Source of the DNA: Candidatus Pacearchaeota archaeon
GTDB taxonomy: Archaea; Nanobdellota; Nanobdellia; Pacearchaeales; UBA284
Reading direction: 5' to 3'
Assembly (NCBI GenBank): GCA_025058615.1
Contig: JANXDM010000004.1
Coordinates: 1 to 18,681 of the forward strand
DNA: 18,681 nucleotides
Position 1 is the stretch's first letter. Every line of letters begins with the position of its first letter. The position numbers were made by a program, and so were the translations under genes. Below are positions 14,330 to 18,681 of this stretch, piece after piece. Below the pieces are notes generated by a model. The model saw only the letters and a list, made by a program, of their open reading frames with translations. It did no database searches and had not been told where the DNA came from.

Positions 14330-17191
14330 ATGAAGAAAAAAAGAGGAAAAAAAAGTAAAGCTTCCGGCCATATAAGTTTTGAAGATCGACTTAAGAAACC
14401 TGTTACAGAAGTACACAAAGAAAAAATAATTTTGCTTTTATTTCTTTTGTTTGTGGTTCTTGCTTTGATAATAATGTTCAAACAACCATTGGAGCAGGAA
14501 CAAATTGTGGGAAGAGCGGTTTCTGGACTAGAATTAGAAAAAACAAAATTTGATGCAGGAGAAAACTTACAAGGAAAAATAACCCTTGCATTGCATCCTG
14601 AAGATATTTTGCCCCAAAATACAACATTACTAATAACAATTTTAACAAACGCTTCTAAGTGCCCTACAAGATATGTGTGTGCAGATGGAAGCACTGTTCC
14701 TTGGTATGTTTTCAATTTAACAACACAACAATGCCAGCTCGCAAGAATTGATCCTGAAGGAGATTGTTGCATCCGCCAAGGAGCTAATTGTAAAGAAGGA
14801 ATTTTGAACAAAAATTTTAATCCTAACCCTACAGACCCAAGCAAGGTAGAAAGATGGGTAAAGCTTTTTTCACCTTCGCCTTCTTCTTTCGATTTAGGTG
14901 CGGTAGGAACAGAAGAAGTTGTGGTTGGAGCTGACGAGGAAGGAAATCCTATTTTTTCTTCTGCTGTATTTTTAGATACTTCTTTGCAGCTTGCTGATTT
15001 TGCATCTGGAAGAATAATCTTGAACCAAAATATCGCTCCTAGAAATTTCAAAATTTCTGATCTTGGGCCTCCAACAGTTCCTCCACCACAACAACCACAA
15101 CAGTATTGTGATGATTCTGATAGAGGAAGAAACTATACTTCAAGAGGAACATGCAAGGACCCGGATGGAATTTATAATGATGGTTGTACTGGTTTTAAAT
15201 TTGTGTATCTGATAGAATGGTTCTGTAACACTACAACGAACAAATGCCAGCCTGAAATAATGTTTTGTCCCCATGGATGTGTAGATGGGAGATGTCTTTC
15301 TTCACCTCCTCAGGTACAGGTACCTCCTCCTCAGGTAGTACCTTGTGATGATTCGGATGGAGGAAGAAATTATACTTCAAGAGGAACATGCAAGGACCCG
15401 GATGGAATTTATAATGATACCTGTGAAGGTCTACCAACGAGCACTCACCCTTTTTTAAGAGAATGGTTCTGTAACACTACAACGAACAAATGCCAATATG
15501 AAATAATTTCTTGTCTGTATGGATGTGTAGATGGGAGATGTCTTTCTTCACCTCCTCAGGTATCTCATCCTCAGGTAGTAACTGGTGCAGCAATCACGGG
15601 TCAAGCAATTCAATCACATATTATACCTTATCAATCTTTAAAATGGGCTGTGGCATGGCAAGATGTTCTCGGAGAAGGAAAAAATTGTGCTTTTGAGGTT
15701 ATTGTCAGAAGTAATAATAGAAGCTTGCATTATTATTACAAATTAAACAATGTATGCAGCAAACCATCTGATAATACAACAGATAAATACATAGAACTTG
15801 CTCCTCCAACAGCTACTCAAGATCCGTATGATCCGCTTTCTGTTTACTGGAAAATAGAATCTAGAGATCTTTATTCAGATTGGAAAAGCAAATTCGGAGC
15901 ACAAGAAAATGATGTTCTTGTTGAAATTCAGCTTGTTTCGCATGCAAAAAAAGTTGATACTACATACTATAATCAAAGAGTTTGGTGGGATTATATAAAA
16001 CTGAACAAGTATGGCTATACAGAACCTTCAGACAGTTGTATTGCAAGAGGTAAAAAATGTTGTGCTAAAGAAACAGGTTTTGGAAATTATTTCGGTGATC
16101 AATTGAAATGCCCGACAGAACTTGGAGAGACAGAATGTTGGTCTTCCTGTACTGATTTTGCCCACTTGACGCTTACACAATTCATTCGCAGTTCCGATGC
16201 AAGGACAAAGTACAATACAACAGAAGGAGAATGTCAATTTGTTAAAGACGGGCAAGTAATTAGCTTGAACGATTATTGTTATCCAGGTTATGCCGGAAGA
16301 GGTTATACCGCTTGCCTAAATACAGGAAGCAATGCTCCAATAAATTGCAGAAATTGGGACAACACTTATACCTTATTTTTGAATAATCTTGCTCTTAAAG
16401 CTCCGAATCAGAGCGGTTCTTATATTTTGAAAGCAGAATTTTTCTATACTAATCAGATTGGAGAGACAATAGAAATATTTTCACGATCATTGGGCTTCAT
16501 AGTAGGTGATGTTATTTTTGGTGGAGGAGGAGCTGTAGAAAATTGGGAATGCTCTCCTTGGAGTTCTTGCATAAATGGTATACAATTTACCAATTGCACT
16601 GAGATACAAACAGGAAGGCGTGAAGTAAAAAATAGAACATGCTGTTGGGCATGTAGCGAGTGGCAGCCTGCAGAATGCCCTGAAAATAGAACACAAACAA
16701 GAACATGTATATTGAGCATGATAGATGAATGTCCTATACAAAGTGCAGAGAAACCAAACGAAATGCAAAGTTGCGAACCTTCTTTACAGCCTTGCACAGA
16801 AGAAGACTGGCGATGTGTAGATGATGCCAAATGCATAAATGGAATAAGAAGAAGGATGTGTGAAAAGATAAGGCCATGTGATGAGGCAACAGGGTATGTT
16901 CCGGACACAGAAATAGAATGCAGAAAAGGATTTAGAATAGGTGGTTTGACAATTTACATAGTAATTGTTGCTGTAGCTGCTGCTGTTGCAATCCTTTTAC
17001 TTCTAAAAATTCTAAAAAAGCCAACAAAAAAACAAGAAAAAAAAGCGAGGTATCCTGAAGTTGTTTCTTACATAAAAGAGGCCCTTGCAGCAGGAGCTTC
17101 CAGGAAAGAAATAGAAACAAAGCTTCTCGAGGCAGGATGGCCTAAAGACATAATTGATGAAAGTTTTGGAGCTGCCGGTTTCTCCGTATAA
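14330..17191 (+). CDS. Large Cys-rich surface protein: N-terminal signal anchor, tandem CxDSDGGxNY repeats, thrombospondin-like W/C modules, C-terminal TM helix and a short cytoplasmic tail
   Basis: The track ORF starts at TTG 14321; I prefer ATG 14330 (MKKKRGKK). N-terminal TM IILLLFLLFVVLALIIMF and C-terminal TM LTIYIVIVAVAAAVAILLLL. The tail is YPEVVSYIKEALAAGASRKEIETKLLEAGWPKDIIDESF. The 255-aa antisense ORF at 14284..15051 is an artefact. Confidence 0.85.
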   Translation: MKKKRGKKSKASGHISFEDRLKKPVTEVHKEKIILLLFLLFVVLALIIMFKQPLEQEQIVGRAVSGLELEKTKFDAGENLQGKITLALHPEDILPQNTTLLITILTNASKCPTRYVCADGSTVPWYVFNLTTQQCQLARIDPEGDCCIRQGANCKEGILNKNFNPNPTDPSKVERWVKLFSPSPSSFDLGAVGTEEVVVGADEEGNPIFSSAVFLDTSLQLADFASGRIILNQNIAPRNFKISDLGPPTVPPPQQPQQYCDDSDRGRNYTSRGTCKDPDGIYNDGCTGFKFVYLIEWFCNTTTNKCQPEIMFCPHGCVDGRCLSSPPQVQVPPPQVVPCDDSDGGRNYTSRGTCKDPDGIYNDTCEGLPTSTHPFLREWFCNTTTNKCQYEIISCLYGCVDGRCLSSPPQVSHPQVVTGAAITGQAIQSHIIPYQSLKWAVAWQDVLGEGKNCAFEVIVRSNNRSLHYYYKLNNVCSKPSDNTTDKYIELAPPTATQDPYDPLSVYWKIESRDLYSDWKSKFGAQENDVLVEIQLVSHAKKVDTTYYNQRVWWDYIKLNKYGYTEPSDSCIARGKKCCAKETGFGNYFGDQLKCPTELGETECWSSCTDFAHLTLTQFIRSSDARTKYNTTEGECQFVKDGQVISLNDYCYPGYAGRGYTACLNTGSNAPINCRNWDNTYTLFLNNLALKAPNQSGSYILKAEFFYTNQIGETIEIFSRSLGFIVGDVIFGGGGAVENWECSPWSSCINGIQFTNCTEIQTGRREVKNRTCCWACSEWQPAECPENRTQTRTCILSMIDECPIQSAEKPNEMQSCEPSLQPCTEEDWRCVDDAKCINGIRRRMCEKIRPCDEATGYVPDTEIECRKGFRIGGLTIYIVIVAVAAAVAILLLLKILKKPTKKQEKKARYPEVVSYIKEALAAGASRKEIETKLLEAGWPKDIIDESFGAAGFSV
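15107..15580 (+). repeat. Intragenic tandem repeat, 2 x 237 nt (79 aa), mosaic of identical and divergent blocks
   Basis: Copies at 15107..15343 and 15344..15580. Three blocks are identical: acttcaagaggaacatgcaaggacccggatggaatttataatgat, gaatggttctgtaacactacaacgaacaaatgcca and ggatgtgtagatgggagatgtctttcttcacctcctcaggta. These flank a fully diverged block (GCTGFKFVYLI vs TCEGLPTSTHPFLR). Confidence 0.9.
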
Positions 17192-17262
17192 GAGAAAACC
17201 ATTACCTTTATAAATTAAAACAGGTTTAAATATTTAAATAAAATTAAATAAAATAATAAAAA

Positions 17263-17574
17263 ATGAAAAAGATAATTATTTTTACCTTTCTCTTAAGCTT
17301 GGCCTTACTTCTGGGAGGATGCAAATTTCCTTTTAGACAAGATGCACAAGACATAAAAGAATGCATTCTCGATACAGACTGTGTCAAAGTGCAAGTTACT
17401 TGTTGTCCTTGCAGCGCGGGGGGAAAAGAAGAATGTGTGAGTGCGGCGGCAAAGCCCGTATATGATAAGATTCTTTCAGAGTGCTCTCCTAATGTGATAT
17501 GCCCACAAGTCTATAATTGCAAAATACAAAAGTGTGTTTGCAAGAGAAATAGATGCAGAGCAATTATAGAATGA
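17263..17574 (+). CDS. Small Cys-rich lipoprotein-like secreted protein
   Basis: Signal peptide with lipobox-like LLGGC (Cys20), then 12 further Cys in the 84-aa mature part (DTDCVKVQVTCCPCSAGGKEEC...). A TATA-like atatttaaat lies about 28 nt upstream. Confidence 0.7.
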   Translation: MKKIIIFTFLLSLALLLGGCKFPFRQDAQDIKECILDTDCVKVQVTCCPCSAGGKEECVSAAAKPVYDKILSECSPNVICPQVYNCKIQKCVCKRNRCRAIIE

Positions 17575-17577
17575 AAA

Positions 17578-17940
17578 ATGAATTTAAAACTAAAACCAAG
17601 CTTGAGAGAGAAAAGGCATTATCTTTTGATAAAAGTCAATTCTGAAAAAGATTTGGATGAAAAAGAAATAAAAGAAAAAATAAAAAAAGCGATTTTTGAA
17701 TTCATTGGCATTCTTGGTTATGCAAATGCAGGCCCAATTTTTATAGATATAGAAGATGAAAATTTAAAAAAAGAAATGAAAAGTAAGAAAATGATTGTTC
17801 TTAGCGTTACTACAAAATTTGTCAAGCATGTAAAAGCAGCTCTTATTCTTTCCAAAGAAAAAAATTTTAGTCTAGATTGTATTCGTGTTTCCGGGACTCT
17901 AAAAAAAATCAAAGATTTTATAAAAGAGATGAAAGATTAA
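17578..17940 (+). CDS. rnp2: RNase P protein component 2 (Pop5/Rpp14 family)
   Basis: LKPSLREKRHYLLIKV resembles the Pop5 N-terminal LPPTLRDKKRYIAFKV motif, and CIRVSGTLKKIKDFI resembles the C-terminal VLGVSGTIKRLKRKF. Starts 3 nt after the preceding stop. Confidence 0.8.
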   Translation: MNLKLKPSLREKRHYLLIKVNSEKDLDEKEIKEKIKKAIFEFIGILGYANAGPIFIDIEDENLKKEMKSKKMIVLSVTTKFVKHVKAALILSKEKNFSLDCIRVSGTLKKIKDFIKEMKD

Positions 17941-18213
17941 ATGACTTCTAAATAAATTTTGAAAGTATAAGTTTTTCTAAACTTTTTTCTCAGAATTGTA
18001 ACCAACTTCTTTCAAGCGTTCTTTTCATTTTTTAGTTTTCAAATCCTTCCTACCCTATATATTGTTCTGTGTCAATACCTTCATAATTCCAACTTTAAGT
18101 TATTCTTCTTTAGAAATTTACAAACGAAACAAGACACTTCAAACATGGGAAAAAAGCAAAATCATCTAAAAGAGTCTCTTAATTTCTTAACAGAGATTAT
18201 GAGACATCATAGT

Positions 18214-18681
18214 AAGGAGTGAGGCTTTTAGTAGGCGCGTGCTGAACTCCTCGTTGCCTTGGAGCTTACACACCGCCTCTATCAACGTCCTCTTCTTGGA
18301 CGGCCTTAGTTGCCTATTTTCGCGGGCTGCTTCGCACTTAGATGCTTTCAGTGCTTATCAGCCAGAGCGTAGCTGCTCGGCGTACCCTGTAAGGATAGCC
18401 GATTGACCAGAGGCTCCCGAAGCCCGTTCCTCTCGTACTAAGGCTTCGTTCCACTCAGGCAACAACACGCCCAGTAGATATCAAACATACTGTCTCACGA
18501 CGTATTGAACCCAGCTAACGATCCCTTTTAACGCGTGAACCCCGGTACCCTTGGCTGCTTCTGCACAGCCAGGATAGGAAGAGCCGACAGCGAAGTACCA
18601 AACCGCGCCGTCAATATGGACTATCGGGCGCGACCAGCCTGTTATCCTTGGGGTACCTTTTCTGCTATCTCCAGGCCCCAT
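18214..18681 (-). rRNA. 23S (LSU) rRNA, 3'-terminal ~470 nt (domains V-VI); 5' part lies beyond the window
   Basis: The reverse complement contains GGATAACAGGCTG, TGTCGGCTCTTCCTATC, GCTGGGTTCAATACGTCGTGAGACAG, the sarcin-ricin loop AGTACGAGAGGAAC, GCACTGAAAGCATCTAAG and GTTGATAGAGGCGGTGTGTAAGC. A sharp GC rise sets the 3' end at about 18214 (+/-10 nt). Confidence 0.92.

Noticed and set aside
14284-15051. 255-aa minus-strand ORF
   Set aside because: It is entirely antisense to the 5' part of the surface-protein gene at 14330..17191. It has no motifs and would also run through the duplicated promoter.
15107-15580. Intragenic repeat as a diversity-generating retroelement TR/VR pair
   Set aside because: Differences between the copies are not adenine-specific (t>g, a>g, c>t, and block replacement). 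Both copies are coding and in frame, and no reverse transcriptase gene is in the window.
18481-18681. 66-aa minus-strand ORF
   Set aside because: It lies inside conserved 23S rRNA sequence (PTC / helix 90-93 region) and is a spurious reading frame.
1-18681. Stop-codon reassignment as an explanation for the GGS release factor; also CRISPR arrays, transposases, integrases and tRNA genes
   Set aside because: TAA, TGA and TAG all terminate well-supported genes at expected lengths. I found no in-frame stops inside conserved genes, no spaced direct-repeat array, no recombinase-like ORF and no tRNA-like GC island other than the 7505..7557 hairpin, which does not fold as a cloverleaf.

Overview
AT-rich, gene-dense fragment that reads as a small-genome archaeon, DPANN-like in style (Lys/Glu-rich proteins, 4-8 nt gene overlaps, apparently leaderless genes about 25 nt downstream of TATA boxes). 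All calls come from reading the ORFs and recalling family motifs; no searches were run.

The core (6.5-14.2 kb, all minus strand) is archaeal information processing:
- scpA
- the conserved rpo7-spt4-rps24e-rps27ae block
- an Fcf1-type PIN protein and a GNAT acetyltransferase
- scpB and a small membrane protein
- aRF1 and ValRS

The plus strand carries a catalytically degenerate metallophosphoesterase homolog, a TtuA/Ncs6-type PP-loop tRNA thiolase, and RNase P subunit Pop5. The 3' ~470 nt of a 23S rRNA (minus strand) close the window.

Both flanks encode cysteine-rich secreted or surface proteins:
- A partial ORF at 1..1789 (-), absent from the supplied track because it has no stop in the window.
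- A CARDB + Kelch-like protein ending in a bacterial T9SS-type sorting domain. Its signal peptide sits in a separate frame.
- A 953-aa (from ATG 14330; 956 aa from the track's TTG 14321) doubly membrane-anchored protein with a 237-nt tandem repeat and thrombospondin-like modules.
- A Cys-rich lipoprotein.

I found no CRISPR array, transposase, integrase, tRNA or recognisable defence system.

The strongest oddity is the release factor. It keeps NIKS and YxCxxxF but has GGS where the universal GGQ motif should be. In the same window the 23S rRNA has C at the position I align to E. coli A2503, beside the peptidyl-transferase centre.

Other items worth a second look are an orphan promoter plus a GC-rich stem-loop behind rps27ae, a tandemly duplicated promoter, and the dead phosphoesterase.
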